From positions 10,354,001 to 10,418,000 of the forward strand of contig JBHGNT010000010.1 in NCBI GenBank assembly GCA_043228905.1: 64,000 nt of DNA, read 5' to 3'. Positions 37,261 to 51,538 of this stretch are shown here, piece by piece. The DNA is from Azolla caroliniana. Taxonomy: Eukaryota; Plantae; Polypodiophyta. Made by a program: the position numbers and the translations under genes. Under the pieces are notes generated by a model. It made no database searches, was not told the origin of the DNA, and worked only from the letters and a program-made list of their open reading frames with translations. Position 1 is the first letter of the stretch, and each line of letters starts with the position of its first letter.

Positions 37261-37537
37261 ACTGTGGTGTAGTCAGTTAATCCCAACAACAAGATTACTA
37301 TGGTGTCCCCAATCTGTCCCAACTAGGGTAGTGTTCCAAAATTGACTGGGATTCAATAGAGAGTCTAATTTAGTTCCAAGAGGGTTTCCATCACAGTTTG
37401 TCCCAACCCATAGTCCTAATGAACCACCCAACAATTGCCATCAATTATTAGACCCAATGGCCATATTTGAGTATGGAGAGGGCTTGGAAGGATCATGACT
37501 ATTCTTTGATTAGCCTGTTTGCACAAGTTGGTGTGTG

Positions 37538-37581
<44 letters not shown>

Positions 37582-38541
37582 ATCATAGTAGAGTTGCCCC
37601 AACCCACATTTTGGTTTTGTCCCAGTATTGGGACTCTTTGTAATACCGAGTTGTAAATAATATAAGAGGATTTTTGTCCCGTTTGTGTATGTGTGTGCAC
37701 TTATTTGCTTTTTCTAATGTTTTTCTATATCTATACATACATAAATGTGTGTGCGTGCAAGCATGCATCTACTTTTTCTTCTTACTCTCTGATGACTTAT
37801 CAAAAACACACCTAAAAAGGTGAATGTAGAAATTGCACAAATACTTTACCAATAGCCATCTTAAGAACCCTTTCTATGTGTATTCATATTTTATCCACTT
37901 TAGCTTAAGTTAATAATGGAGAGTACCATACTCTATTGTGTTGTTATGTGCCTTTCACTCATGAACCCAAGATATTATGTGTCATAATTGTTGTGTTCAA
38001 TCCTTGATAACGTATGCATAGGCACATATGTTTGTCATTCAGGAGTGTTTACAAAATCCTTGCCAAAGATATAGACTATTTTGAAGATTTACATTCGCTA
38101 TAAGAATAGGCAACATATGACGCCCATAAAAAGTATTATTCCCTCTTAATATATATAATATAACAAACCAATTTGCGATGATAAGGTGTTTCTTGTTTTG
38201 TATATTTCCAATGTCAACAACATGGTTGTGAGTTACCATGGTTGTAAAGATACATCTATTAACACGGTTTTCTTCTTGTTTTCAATGAAATTAGGGATTC
38301 TATTGTGCATTATCTACAATTGGATACACATTCAACAAACAATGATATGTCATTTAATATTATTTGTCATGATACATGCAAATTCATTCCATTATAATAC
38401 AATTATTAATTTTTTATTTTGATAATGATGTGATGGATGGGCAGACTACCATGGAGGAATGCAAAAGGACGATGAATTTCAAATCAAAGGTTTTAGTTTT
38501 CATTGTAGTTATATTGCAGAATAAGCCATCATCAAGTGCTC

Positions 38542-41500
38542 TCAAGGATTCCAACCATTATTTGGCTTAAGGATATATTCTTCGTCATAACTTCTATGGA
38601 AATCCCAATGTTTGTAATCACTTCCCTCAATCTTGTAGTTCCAATAAGACCATCCAGCAGTTGCTTCTCCATAAACTTTCAATTGAGCTTGCCCGAATGC
38701 TTGGTAGTCAGATTGAGTAGCCTCTCGAAACTTCCATTCATTTGTCCATTCTCCTATTAAAATAACACAAACGATAAAGCTATTGACTTTGGTCCCTCAA
38801 AGAGTGTGTATATATATATGTATCTAGCAACAATATATACATACATATTATATTATATTTACATATACACTATATGTATGTAAGCCACAGATAGACATAC
38901 CAACAAATGTCAAGAGTCCATTGCCATTCTGATTCAAGTTCTCAATCTCGTTTCGTCTATCATTGTTGATGTAGTCTATGTTCTTTTGCACATTAAATTT
39001 GGGGAAGTCTGATCCAAACACATTGTAATAGTGAAGATCAAGGATAGCATTCTGGAATTCGTTCCCTAGGTCTACAAATTCGTTCGCATCCGCTCCCAAA
39101 CGTTGGCAAAGCACAACGTAAGCGTCACTATATTTGCGTACTCTATTATATCCAAGTCTATAGTAACTCTTGAGGGTAGGAAGGGGAACAAAACGTGCTA
39201 CGGGCTCATTGAGTAGCTCAATGCCATACAGACCACTCCTTTTACCATACCTGGCAAAAGCAAATGCATTAAACTTCATGGAAATTCTTGCATTGATTCT
39301 CGGTAACCCATTCACTTAATTGTTGTACAAATGAAAATCATGGTTTTACAGTTCATGCATTGATACTTTATAACCCATTCCTTTAAGAAACAATTTTGTC
39401 CATGTAGCAATATGGGAAAAAACACACACAGCCAAGTTGGTTATTTCAAAGAATACTACTAAGTTTTTAAAAAATGACAAGGATTCTCCGAGATAGTCAT
39501 ATAATTTGTTCTGCATAGGGATACATATATGCTGGTAACTTTAATACGACAAAGATACATAATAATGTGTGGAATAGAAAACCGACCTCAATGCTAAAAA
39601 TTCAATTGCATTAAGAGAGAGATCGATGTAGCTCGTTCCATCAGGATCACTGCCTGAGGCCCATTCCGCAACACCATCAATCGTAGCACTGTGGGCTTCA
39701 CCATTTTGTGACCCAGGCACCGCATGCAGGTCTACCATGATCTTAATGTTGTGCCTCCTATAGAAGTTCACCAAAAGACATTTTCACAATCCGTAATCCG
39801 AGCTGCATAGTTCCACACACCAATTGAGTTCATTACAATTTTCACTTACTCAGCCCAATCGAATGCATTGTCTAATACTTGAAGCGATCCCGAGACAAAA
39901 GGCTTGGGGGGATTGGGGTCACTTGCAATCCAATATCCGACAGGAATACGGACCATGTTTATGCCAATACTATTCAAGTACGCAAAATCTGATTCCGTAA
40001 TAAAAGATTCCCAATGCTCCTTGAAAACCCTAGGGGCCACCTCAGGTCCCCACCCATTGGCTAGTTGATATTCTCCATGATAAGGAGATGTGTTATTGAT
40101 AATCATCTCAAATGTTGCCGCATTGTCATCCCATCCGAATTCACCCGACGATGATACAAAATCAGCCGTAAGTTGAGTCATATCTTTTGCCTGAGAAATT
40201 TCCGGAACGAATTGATTGTATCATTCATAAAAAAATTCCGATTCTGAATGCAAATTGGGATTTTATAGATAGGATTTGAGCCACTGAAGAAGGATACAAA
40301 TATTACATTATATGACAATTCTGACCTGCAGATAGTTTCCATTAGAAGCTTGAATATGCACCCTGTTGTAGTTTCTTGTGAAAGTGAATCTCTCGTTTTC
40401 TAGTGGTATTGATGCAGTTGCTGTGACATCTCCATTCGAAGGAGAGACAGTCAGAAACTTATTGTTGAATACCCGGAGGCTGTAGACACCAGCCGAATCC
40501 CGCCATATCTATTTGAAAACCAGAACAGAACCAAATTGCAAACTCAAGTCAGGGCTCACAAAATAAGATAAAAGACAAAGTCATCATAAACAAAAATGAC
40601 AACAATCATCACAAAAAAAGAGGAGAATCATCGTAAAGAAGTGAAGAAGACAATACCAAATTACAAAAAGAGAGAGATAAATCATCATAAAGGAGTTGAT
40701 TCATACCTTGAATGTTTCCCAACCGGATGGATCCATGCGGTTCACAACCAGTTTCCCCCCTCCTCCACCTTCTGCTGTCACATATGTTTGGAGTGTGATG
40801 GATTTTAATTGTATTTGGGATCCATCCTTTGAGCGTGTGAAAAAAAACACACATCCACATTCAAATAAAATAAAATAAAATAAGTCCACATAAACCAGAA
40901 AATTACAATATCATAATGATGCAAAAAGAAAACTCATCTTATAAGAAGAAACACTTGTAAGCATGTTTCTAAATGTAACAAAATTGAAGAAATCCAAACT
41001 CTGAAGTGTGATTTGCCAGATGAGGACTTGCAAGAAGAAACCCTAATGCTACTGAAACATGAAATTAAGAGAAGAAACTGTGAAAACATAAAGTGGGCTT
41101 CTTATCGGAAACCCCAAACTCGAAAAATGATGGTAAGGAGTTGGAACACTAAAACTTGTAATGAAATCTTAAGGCAAAATGTAGAGCCCAAACTCTAAAA
41201 TAAAGACGATCGACACACTACAGGAAAAAACTGAAAATTATATAATGTAGAAGAGAGCCTAGCCCAAAAAATGATAATCAGGCCTTGAAACCATAAACCT
41301 AGAATTAACTTTTAGTGAATAAACTAGTAGAAACTTTAAACATATAATGATATCGCAATGCAAGAAGAAAGCCGACGCAAGGAAGAAACCATGAATATCC
41401 AAGTTCTATTATGGAAATCAAAAAACATAAAATGAGCTTCTAATATGGAAACCTGACACCAAAGAAACAAAGAGCTAGAACCCTAATCCTAATCCTAATA

Positions 41501-41877
41501 GAGCAGTCTTGAAGACTTAGAAGAAAGAATCCTAAAAACATAAAATAGAGCATGGGTGGGGAGAAACCCTAAATAAAAACACACAATAATGAGCTTTTAA
41601 GAGGCGAGCCTCTAACCGGGCAATAAAAAAAAAGAAAGCGACGAGGGTAAAAAGGACTTACGAGAAGGTCAGGTTCAGGTATGCCATCCCAGAGGGAGGG
41701 TCTCATCCATTTCTCGATGACAAGCCATCCTCCGAGGTTCACACCTGCCACTTTCTGGGCGCTTGCAGCTACAACCTTACTTCTGTCCACTGAGCAACAG
41801 ACAACAATAGCCAAGCAGAAGAGGGACAAGAAGAAGGAGGTGGAGCGAAGGGATGGGGAGTTGTTGACTGTAACCAT
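38542..41877 (-). CDS. Glycoside hydrolase family 5 glucan 1,3-beta-glucosidase with fascin-like domain (plant GH5_14 type), 7 exons, 530 aa
   Basis: Exons 41877-41662, 40826-40707, 40508-40326, 40190-39850, 39757-39587, 39250-38901 and 38753-38542 all have GT-AG boundaries and sum to 1593 nt in frame. Hydrophobic N-terminal signal. Motifs GVNLGGWLV, VRIPVGYW, VDLHAVPGSQNG, IELLNEP (acid/base), DLHYY, FVGEW (nucleophile) and GWSYW. Confidence 0.92.
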
Positions 41878-42068
41878 AATTTCTGCTACAAAAGCAGAAA
41901 GGAAGAGCAGGCTTATAGAGATATCACAGTCAACAAGTGAGTCAAGCAGCAGAGATAGAGATAGACATAGAGAGGATATGGTGTCTGTCTTGTGTGTGTG
42001 TATCAGTTAGTTAGTTAGTTAATTGTTGGTCTGTCTCTTGGTGTCTGAAATGTATGTGTTGGGGGGGG

Positions 42069-42408
42069 TTAATTTATATGTATATGTATGTATATGAAGG
42101 TGGGGGGGGCGGGGGAGGGTCGCCGATGTCTGCCCACCCGTCCATCCGATTGCTTTCGTTTTCTTTCTCCACATGAAGGAGCGAAGGAAGGTCAGTCAAA
42201 CGGGGTCTCTTCCTTTCAACGCCCATCCTTTTCAACCTAATTTATATGTATATGTATATGAAGGTGTGGGGGCGGGGGAGAGGGGGAGGGTCGCAGATGT
42301 TTGCCCACCCGTTCATCTGATTGCTTTCGTTTTCTTTCTCCACATGAAGGAGCGAAGGAAGGTCAGTCAAACGGGGTCTCTTCCTTTCAACGCCCATCCT
42401 TTTCAACC
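42069..42408. repeat. Direct tandem duplication (~168 bp x2) upstream of the GH5 gene
   Basis: AATTTATATGTATATG...CCCATCCTTTTCAACC occurs twice in succession. Confidence 0.9.
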
Positions 42409-42497
42409 CCCTCATGATTGTGGTGTTTCCATTTCTTCTTTTTCTTTCCTCCATTGTGGTGTTAAATCCAATCCAAGACTTTTGCGTCCCTTTCAAA

Positions 42498-42965
42498 GTC
42501 TCTCTCTCTCTTTTTGGTAAAAGCACACAATTATATTAATTGTATGTAAAATCTACTTACTTACAACACTTCTTAGTCTCCTCTACCTACCTACCTACCT
42601 ACCTATCCTATATAGGGAGAGGGACATCCTGTAATGCCATTAGAAAACCTGAATATGCGTTTCAGGATATGATCCCCACATGCTCTAACATCTAGAAATT
42701 CCACATAAGAATACCTTTCAACTTCTTCATATAAGAATCTCTCTCTCTCTCTCTTGGTAAAAGCACACAATTATATTAATTGTGTAAAATCCACTTAGTT
42801 ACAACACTTCTTAGTCTCCTCTACCTATCATATGCCTATGTAGGGAGAGGGACATTCTATAATGTTATTAAAAAACCTAAATATACATTTGAGGAAATGA
42901 TCGCTACGTGCTCTAACATCCAAAAATTCCACATGAGAATACCTTTCAGCTTCTTTATATAGGCT
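42498..42965. repeat. Direct tandem duplication (~240 bp x2)
   Basis: (CT)n TTGGTAAAAGCACACAATTATATTAATTGT...GAATACCTTTCA.CTTCTT occurs twice, with some divergence. Confidence 0.85.
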
Positions 42966-42981
42966 TTCACCCCATGTCTAT

Positions 42982-43012
<31 letters not shown>

Positions 43013-43117
43013 CAAGATGTGGCTTGTTGCCTCTTCTTCCTCCACTTCCTCTCCTCTAGAAAACTGGAGCGAGACTCTCTCCGTCTCTCTCTCTCTTGTC
43101 ACTATTTGCTTTCACAT

Positions 43118-43206
43118 GTATTACGTGAAATGTAATATTTTTGGTTTCATAGGTCATATTTGATTGTTGAAGACAATAATAGAATCTATCTATATATCTA
43201 TCTCTC
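43118..43206 (+). mobile_element. Very short 3' end of LINE family 2
   Basis: ACGTGAAATGTAATATTTTTGGT.TCATAGGTCATATTTGA plus a TATC tail matches 27088-27170. Confidence 0.8.
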
Positions 43207-44049
43207 AAGAGGTGGGGGGTCATATTTCACTTCTCATTATTTGCACTACCTACCAATTTGTTGTTTTTATGGAGGAGCTGCTTAGGAACATACCTTTCTC
43301 TTTTTTTCACTAGTCACGTCTAAGCTTCCTTTCTATTATGCCATGCATGAAATAATAGGGCATTTATGATAAATTGTCACAAATTCAAAACTCTAGTCTT
43401 GAATTCACAAGATAAAATAAATGCTTTCCACGTGGAATTCTTGACCGAAAGGCTATAAAAGTTAAGAATACGGACCTTTTCCTTGCAATGAGCATAATAG
43501 CATCTTGCCCGTTTTCGTAATCTTAAACCCATAAACTTCATATTCCTCAACGTATCATCCCATTTACACTTTTTTTTAAAAATTACAATTTCTCTACCAA
43601 AAATGCTTCATGATTGAACAATGAATTAGGTGACACATTGCGAGTATGAAGTCAAGTCATTTTTAAGTCCAACACTCATCAGTTGTGTGATTTTAAGAAG
43701 GCACATGTCATAATAATAGTTTTCTCCATGTCTTGCTTTAGCCATATTGATTTGACAATATCCATCTAAGAAACTATGCATTTCTTCTTGTGCAACTTCA
43801 AATGGACTGCCTAGCAAGGCTAAATAAAGAGGATAAGTTATTTTGTTGTTGCAATTTGTTTCCTATAATCTAGATTCCTTTTCGTATTTTAGCAATTTAA
43901 ATTACGATGTTTACGTGAATAATTTTCCTGCATGAAGTCAATTTCATACGTGAATAATTTTGTGATCATTTCCCACTTTGTTGCCCAACTAGGACCAACT
44001 TATTTAATAACAATAAACCTGGGAATTTAATACCAAGATGTTTGAAGCT

Positions 44050-44700
44050 TAGCACTTGTATTGGTTCTCCCTTTTATGTGGGGTTGGAATTTGGGATAGT
44101 TTCTTTGTTGCATTGCCTTTCACTTTTCCAAAATAAAAGTTTTGCCTTTATTGCCGTCCTTTTTTTGGTTCGTATTAATAGTTATTTGATATTGATACCA
44201 TCCAGTTTTGGCAAAATGTTTCCACTACACCAAGTAATTGTTGCATGGCATCCACATTAAATGAGGGTAATACATAATTATTGGCAAATATGACAATAAA
44301 TATAATCTCATGCATGGGCTTGGGAACATCTAATTCTTTTCCTTTTGCAACTTGATGTACTATTTCTTCTAGTTTATTAAGACAAAAACCAAAGATTGGG
44401 GGACTAAATGAATACCTTTTCTTGATCCCCCACAATCATCAAGCACTTCAAGAAATCGTGATCTATTTTCGATTGGCGTCAATCTTGCTCATACAATTGA
44501 AAAGCGACTGAATTGTTGCTTCCATCAACGGATTGGTAACACACCGTGTTTTGCATGTTTGAGAAATCTTGAAAATGCTTGTTCTTCTTCAAGTGTTTTT
44601 GGTGCTTATTTACACCAAATATATAGCAAAATGTTTCCTTGTTGATTCTAAGGCAATTAATTTCATATTGTCACACTAAGCATGTATAGATTGTTCATAG
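44050..44700 (-). pseudogene. Highly decayed LINE RT fragment
   Basis: GIKKRYSFSPPIFG...IVIFANN resembles GVKQGCPLSPTLFG...LLFADD. Confidence 0.55.
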
Positions 44701-45925
44701 CTATTTTTATAAATAGAAGTTAGAACCATATGAAGGTCATCAAAAATAATATATATTTTGATGTTTTTAGTCCCCTAGTAAATTAGGCTTAGATTCTTGT
44801 GAACTGTTCACACACTAACCTACTTGTATTCTTAAACATGCACCAACTTCCCTAATTGGATTGTTAGTTTGGCAAATTCATTTAAATTTGAAACATAAAA
44901 AATAGATACATGCCATTCTAGATCTACACACCTAGAATTTCCTTTTTCGTATGCGAGCACTTGTACATCAAAGACCCTGAGATGATTGTGGAACCAAAGG
45001 TTTTATTACTTGCAAAACGTTTTTTATTGGTCTCGATAATATCCATAATGCAAGCTTCAGTGCTACTTTGATGTTCATGTATGGAACTACAAGCTGAACA
45101 CCGATTGCATGCAGAATGTCCTTTGTGGTCAATGAACAGCCATAGAGTTTGATGTACTCAATTCAGGTTCTTGGGAATATTACACATGAACTACCGGCCC
45201 ATCAAAATAGATAGGATTAAGACGTTATTCCCACATTCTCTATCACAAGTAACAATACATTATCACTACTTTTAATGGACGCCCCATGACAAGGGTTATT
45301 TACGAACATTGGAGGAACCAATAGGTTTTTGGACAGGAATCATGTAAAAGAAGCCATTGGTATATCACCTTGCGCTTTGGGCATATAGTTGTCCTCATTG
45401 CCTAATTCAAAAAATCAGCTTCAATCACTCTTCCACCTCATCGTAGGTTGTGACATTGTGTCTCAAAAAACTAGAATTATCTAATTTGATTGTGATTGGG
45501 AAATACGCAGTGGTGAATGTCCAGCATTGCAAACGACATACCTCCATATACATAAAAACAGTGATTACTTGTAGACCATGCCCATGTTTAGTAGCATGGA
45601 ACCAAACAAAGTCTGATTCTTTTCAGCATTTCATATGTTCCCTCGTCAATATTTATTTATTACTGCAATATTGATCAAGAAACTCGTCTTCTTGTTATTG
45701 TAACTCATAATCAAGATGGGAAGCGGAGTGACACTGTGTCCTTGCCTATTTCCATTTTCTTTGCATGCATGACATTTCCACATATTTAGAACCCCGGTGA
45801 TGTGTTCCATCTGACCGAACAATACCTCTGATTCAAAATCTACACCGTTTCTCACGAAACTACATTTGGTCGAGATTTGCAAGATTATTTTGAAGAGGTT
45901 GTGTGAACAAGTATCATCTCGTTCT

Positions 45926-48900
45926 TCATGATGCAACAGCAATGACCTTATCAGCTATTGCCAGAGAAGCTGTAAGGCCTGGTGACTCGATGCCAAAAAG
46001 ATTCACCAAGCCAGGAATGGAATGATCTTTTTCAGTCTGAATAAGAAAATCTGCAGATGGATCCCCAGGGCCTGAGATTTTGGGCCGTATACCAGCATAG
46101 TCAGCCTTCAGCATCCCGTCCTCCAGTGAAGGATAATACTTGCGGATTTCTGGATAGAACCGTTCAGCTCTTTGGGGATCCACTCTGTAATCATACCTGC
46201 ACCCACACACATTGTCATCAGCATTCAACATGGATCATGTTATGTTGATTGTAGTTCCTGTTTATAAATAGAAATGGTATGCATCTGTAGCCACCTAACC
46301 TGGGAAGGCCGTTTTCTTACAATAACTGAGAAAGAGAGGGAGAGAAAAGAAGAGTCTTACTCAAGATTATAGGCTTTTGCTGTGTCAGCTGTGTCAAGCC
46401 ACTCCACATCTGGACCAAATCTGACTTGCCCACCAAGATCCAATGTCACATGTACACCGAGGCCACCTTCTTCTGGTATAGGATAGATCAAGTGAGAAAA
46501 AGGGGGTCTATCCACTCCAGTAAGGCTAAAATAACAACCACGAGCAAAGAAACTAGGTGGGAGTGCATTTAAAGGGAACCCATTCAATGATCTCGCGAGC
46601 AGAATTGCATTTAAACCAGCTGCATTAACAACAGTCTTGGCACATAGTACTATCTTGGAAGCATCATCCCGTTGATGAGATACATCTTTAGATCTGAGAG
46701 CCTCGGTATCACAAACATATAATTCTATGCCATCAGCACTAACATTTCCATGGGTAACTGATGAGTTGAGAGCGAATGTAGCACCATGCACCTCTGCGTC
46801 TGCCTGATTCAATAAATGCACAAATCAAATTAAAAATAGCTTATGAGATTTCAGAAAAGATCAAAATCAGGTATGAGATTTACCCTATTTGCAAAACCTT
46901 GCTACCTTATTAGTACAATCCATCAATTATGAATTGCTTACATCTGGGACCACCATGACTAAATGAACCCAGTTACGACATGAGGTAGCATAGATAACTA
47001 TAAATGGCATGTCCAACAGAACCCATTGATTTCATGAGACCAGTGAATTACATGAAGTATAGCACTCAATCTACAACGAGTGACAATTCATGCAACCATG
47101 CTTTACATTGTCTTTCTTCCATATTGCACTTGACTAAAAATAAGCCTTGGAAGATTTGAATGTATAACAATATTAACAGATGTCGTATATGACAGCAGTC
47201 AATTTTCAGAAAATATCTATATCATATGATCCTCAATCATTTCAAGCTCAAATAAAGCTAGAACTATTTCATTGTCTGTCAGATGTATCATCAGATTGGA
47301 CTTTTCTAGCATCAATCGTCCACCTAATGCTGCTGCGTATAGACGAAGTCTGCTACCTCATTCACACATGGTATATGGTAGCATTCAGTTTTCAACAAAT
47401 ATGTGTCATACGATCCTCGTTAATTTCAGTCTCAAATACCGCTAGACTTATTTCAATGTCTCTCAAAAGTAACACCAGATTGGACTTTTTTAGAGTCAAT
47501 TATCCACTTAATGCTGCCTAACGAAGCAGCCTGCCACCTCATTTGCAGGAAAAAAGTCCCCCAGTTAAATCATGCATACATAGCAAAGCTGTCTTCGATT
47601 GATATTACAAGTATGACTTCCGTATCAGTGTTTTCTATCTATTATATTCTTTGAAGCTTTATCCAAACATCAACCCTACTTTAATTAAATGATGCCCTTA
47701 TTGCATTATTTCTCCAGCAAATCTCAAGAGTACCTCATCCTAGAATCCCAATGAAGGTTGACAACACTGCTGAGAACATCGGCTGATCCTTAGATCTAGC
47801 AGCGTAACACTTCTCCTTGGTGTTGACTGCTCAGCTCTAGCCCTTGTAAGTGTTTTTGATTGGCATCAACTAAGGGATATTTGAGACTCTTGGACCCTAT
47901 CCTGATTTCCACATTGAACAAGCCTTTTGGTTGTGTCTTGGCCATTGTTTTCTTCTTTAATAATGTTAGTGGGAAATTCTCTGTGCTAGTTGTCTACCCT
48001 TAGAAATTAGGTGGAATCTCTTTACTATGTATAGCTTGAACGTTATCACACAAAGAGTTATCCAGTGCATCATTAGTATCCCAAATTGAACATTCACAGA
48101 GTCTCCAACTATTTCTTCGTGCTTCTATGTTTACAAGTATGTTGTTGCCTCTGTATAGTCACCTATTGATTCTCCATTCTGACGCGCACTTCAGAAAAAA
48201 GGGGGGTGTTTACAGTATACATACATGTATTTTCTTTGAGGTTTTCTATAGTCACTATATATACATACAGATAGAAATATATTATCCAGCATACCACACA
48301 CACACTATATATATATATATATATATTATCAAGCAAAGATGTCGTATTCTCAATGTAAACATATTGTGCTGATCTAGCTACCCTACTCAAGGAATGCAAA
48401 GAAAACATCCGCATGTAAAACAAACCTAATGACACCTCAAACGCAGCTTACATGAATAGCAGCAAGTAAGTAAGTACCCGTAGAGACTGCATAAAGGAGT
48501 GACTATCAATTATTCCTGTAGATGGAGACAAGATTGCTTTGACACACTTTATATTAGGCTCCAGTTCCGATACCTCCTCTTTGCTCAGAGAGCGTAGATC
48601 GTCAACACCATTAGCTCGTCCTCGAGAGAGTATGGACTCAAGAGCAGGGATTTGGCGAGCATCAGTGGCAACGATGAGTTTGCCAAGCTGCTTGAAAGGA
48701 ATCTCATGCTCCCGGCAATAGGAATAGAGCGCCTTTCTACCTTCAACACACAGCAGGGCCTAAAAGCACACAGCATTTGGTAGACATAGAGCATGGTGTA
48801 GTACATAAATTACAGACATGCAACCCCATATGCAATACATACATTAAAAGCAATGGATAAATGGAACAGGGAATGTGCATACATGCATATGTTTTTTTTG

Positions 48901-49239
48901 CTTGAGAAGCTCGCATATTGCATTCAAAGAAGATTTTCATATACATACAATATCGAGAATACATGTAATTTGATTACATACAGTACAATACAACAAGATG
49001 CGATACATTGCACTAGACTACATACATAGGTTCTTCTTCTCTGTTTGCTGAGAAGAGAGCGTTTGGCAGACCTATAGTTTGAATGAGCATACCTTAAGGG
49101 AGGGCTGAGGATAGTAGATGCCAGCGTGGATGACCTCACTGTTGCGAGAGCTGGTTCCCGTGGCTATGTCGGAGGCAGCCTCTAACACCAATACCTCTCT
49201 TCTTCTTCTTTCTCTTCTTCCCATTCCACTCTGCGTAGG

Positions 49240-49273
<34 letters not shown>

Positions 49274-49443
49274 GACAAGGCTCTGGCTACAGCCAAGCCA
49301 AGCACACCAGCACCCACCACAACACAATCCACCTTCTCTCTGGGGATACTACTACTGCTACTAAAACTACTGTGGACTCCTCCACTTCTCCATCGCCATG
49401 CCTCCTGCCGTCTTCGGCTCCACGGCCTTCTCGCCCACATCAT
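45926..49443 (-). CDS. L2HGDH: L-2-hydroxyglutarate dehydrogenase, mitochondrial (FAD-dependent), 4 exons, 448 aa
   Basis: Exons 49443-49093, 48759-48478, 46803-46361 and 46196-45926 have GT-AG boundaries and sum to 1347 nt in frame. R/S-rich transit peptide. Motifs [55 protein letters not shown] and [10 protein letters not shown]. Confidence 0.94.
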
Positions 49444-49599
49444 CCTAGTGTTTTCTGATTTCCTTTGTGCTGCATCATCATTGACTTAAGAATGTCAAGC
49501 ACCATTTTTGGAAAAAAAGAAGAAGAATGTCAAGCACCACATACATACATACATACATACATACATATGCATACATCTGATAGATGGATGGATGGATAG

Positions 49600-49960
49600 A
49601 TGAACCGAACCAAACCGTGAAACCGTGGCTTAACGAACGGTTCGGTTCGGTTCTTCTTCTTCTTCTTTTTAAATTTAAAAATTTGTTTTTAAACAATCTC
49701 TTTATTTTTAGACCTTATTCTCACATTTTAGGAACATCTTAAAAAATTTACAATTTTAAAATAATGAAATATTATTAATTTTAATAAATTTTAAAATTTG
49801 ACCTATGTTGAAAACCAAAACCGAAACCGAACCACAAAACCGCGATTTTTATGGTTTAACGGTTTGAAAAAAGTTTAACGGTTTCGTGGTTTCGTTCAGG
49901 TTTCAAAAAATTTAAACGGTTCGGTTTGGACCCTCTCGAACCGAACCGAACCGAACAGTT
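49600..49960. mobile_element. MITE-like element with AACCG/CGGTT subterminal repeats upstream of L2HGDH
   Basis: Clusters of GAACCGAACC and GGTTCGGTTC in both orientations around an AT-rich core. Termini and TSD were not resolved. Confidence 0.45.
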
Positions 49961-51069
49961 GCCGATTGTTACCCGGGATGCCATGATACAATATGAAACG
50001 ACCCTCTCGAATTGGTGGCGTTCATGTTTTCAGCCTTTGACTCTACCGATCGATCACTTTGAGCAGCGGTCAAAAGCCTGTTGCAATGTTGTTGATACAA
50101 TATCAACTTGATGTGTGTTAGACCCACATTGATAGAAAAGAGGAATCATATGGTAAGATTTGAATCTTATTCTAAGTAACCCATATACCTCTATATCAAA
50201 TCATGCCAATCAACCCATTGTTAAACCCCATATGATTGAGCTAGATGTGTAATAACAATTTGTATGCGTCAAGAAAATGAAAAGATCTCTTAGGCCTAGC
50301 ATCAACTATATCTCCCACCTATTTTACCCCCAAATAAAACAAGCAATTAAACTAGGAGCACAATTTATCCTTTCCATGCCAACATAATAATCATGAAGAG
50401 ACAAGTAACTCCTTTTGCAGCAAGGAATTACAATGCTCTCTACTACATGATGGCACCCACAAAAATAAGAGAGCCCTTCATGCTATGAGGCAACCAAGTG
50501 TTCAACCACATGAAGAATGAGGAATTTTAAGTGGAATACTTCCATTAGCTAATTGCCACCACGATTCCATATTCATTGTCTTCCATGTTTTACATCCTCC
50601 TTAATGAAATTCTAGACAATAGATATCCACAGTTGTGAGTGTGAACATATGCCTTACAATAATAAAAAACTACGAATCATTATATTTAGTCATATTGATT
50701 CACACTCACCGTGACTCGCGATTGCACTTCTGCATCCACTACTTTATGTGGTGTTTAAAATGTTCAACAAAGACGCTTGATTTGGCATGCCATACCGTAG
50801 TAGGAAATGACCATTTGGAATTGTTGGTAATGTTGGCGCATTGACTATGCCAATCACATCAATTAACATGCATGTAGTTTAGGGGAACTATTGCATGTGT
50901 TGATAGATTGTCAAGTTGTGTCAATTCAATGATGATAGAGGTTTGTATCAATGTAAACATGTAGTTGATGAGAAAGAGAGGTCCTATAGTAATGTTTGAA
51001 ATTTATTCTAAGTAACCTGTAAAGAATTGAGTGTGCTTCTTTGTATCGGAAGAGATATGTGAGTATGTA

Positions 51070-51538
51070 AGATAGATAGATAGATAGATAGATAGATTAT
51101 ATTATCGTCTTCGGAGATCAAATATGACCTATGAGACCAAAAATATTACATTTCACGTGATACGTGTGAAAGTGAGTAGTGACTCTCGATGTTCAAGAAC
51201 TTTACCAATGAATGTTGCAATCGAGAGTGCACATTGTGGTTGTGAGAGGAATTCATGCAAAGATTGGGCTCGATCGAAGAGATGTGGAAAGCATGGTCGA
51301 ATATGATCAAAGGCAGAGCATTGTATCAAAGTGTGATACTCAGACTCGCGAACTTGTTTAGGGCAAAGTGTGCATAGCCGACCACTCTCATCACTTGTAC
51401 CCCAACGCCCTGTTTCACATCGCAATGCATGTGAGCTAAGTCGCATGGAAGCAATGGTTCGAATGCCAGATAACGGTATGGGCTCTAACATGTATGGATG
51501 TGTACGATTTCCCCGTTCCGCAAAGAATATGGTTTTGT
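51070..51538 (-). mobile_element. LINE family 2 3' fragment
   Basis: ORF 51153-51491 (RLSSHALRCETGRW, zinc knuckle) and a (TATC)n tail. Confidence 0.9.

Noticed and set aside
37260-37640. GTCCCAA/TGGGAC motif cluster, a possible MITE
   Set aside because: No terminal inverted repeats or TSD could be defined.
43626-43860. SFLDGY motif suggesting gypsy RT
   Set aside because: Too short and decayed to support as a feature.
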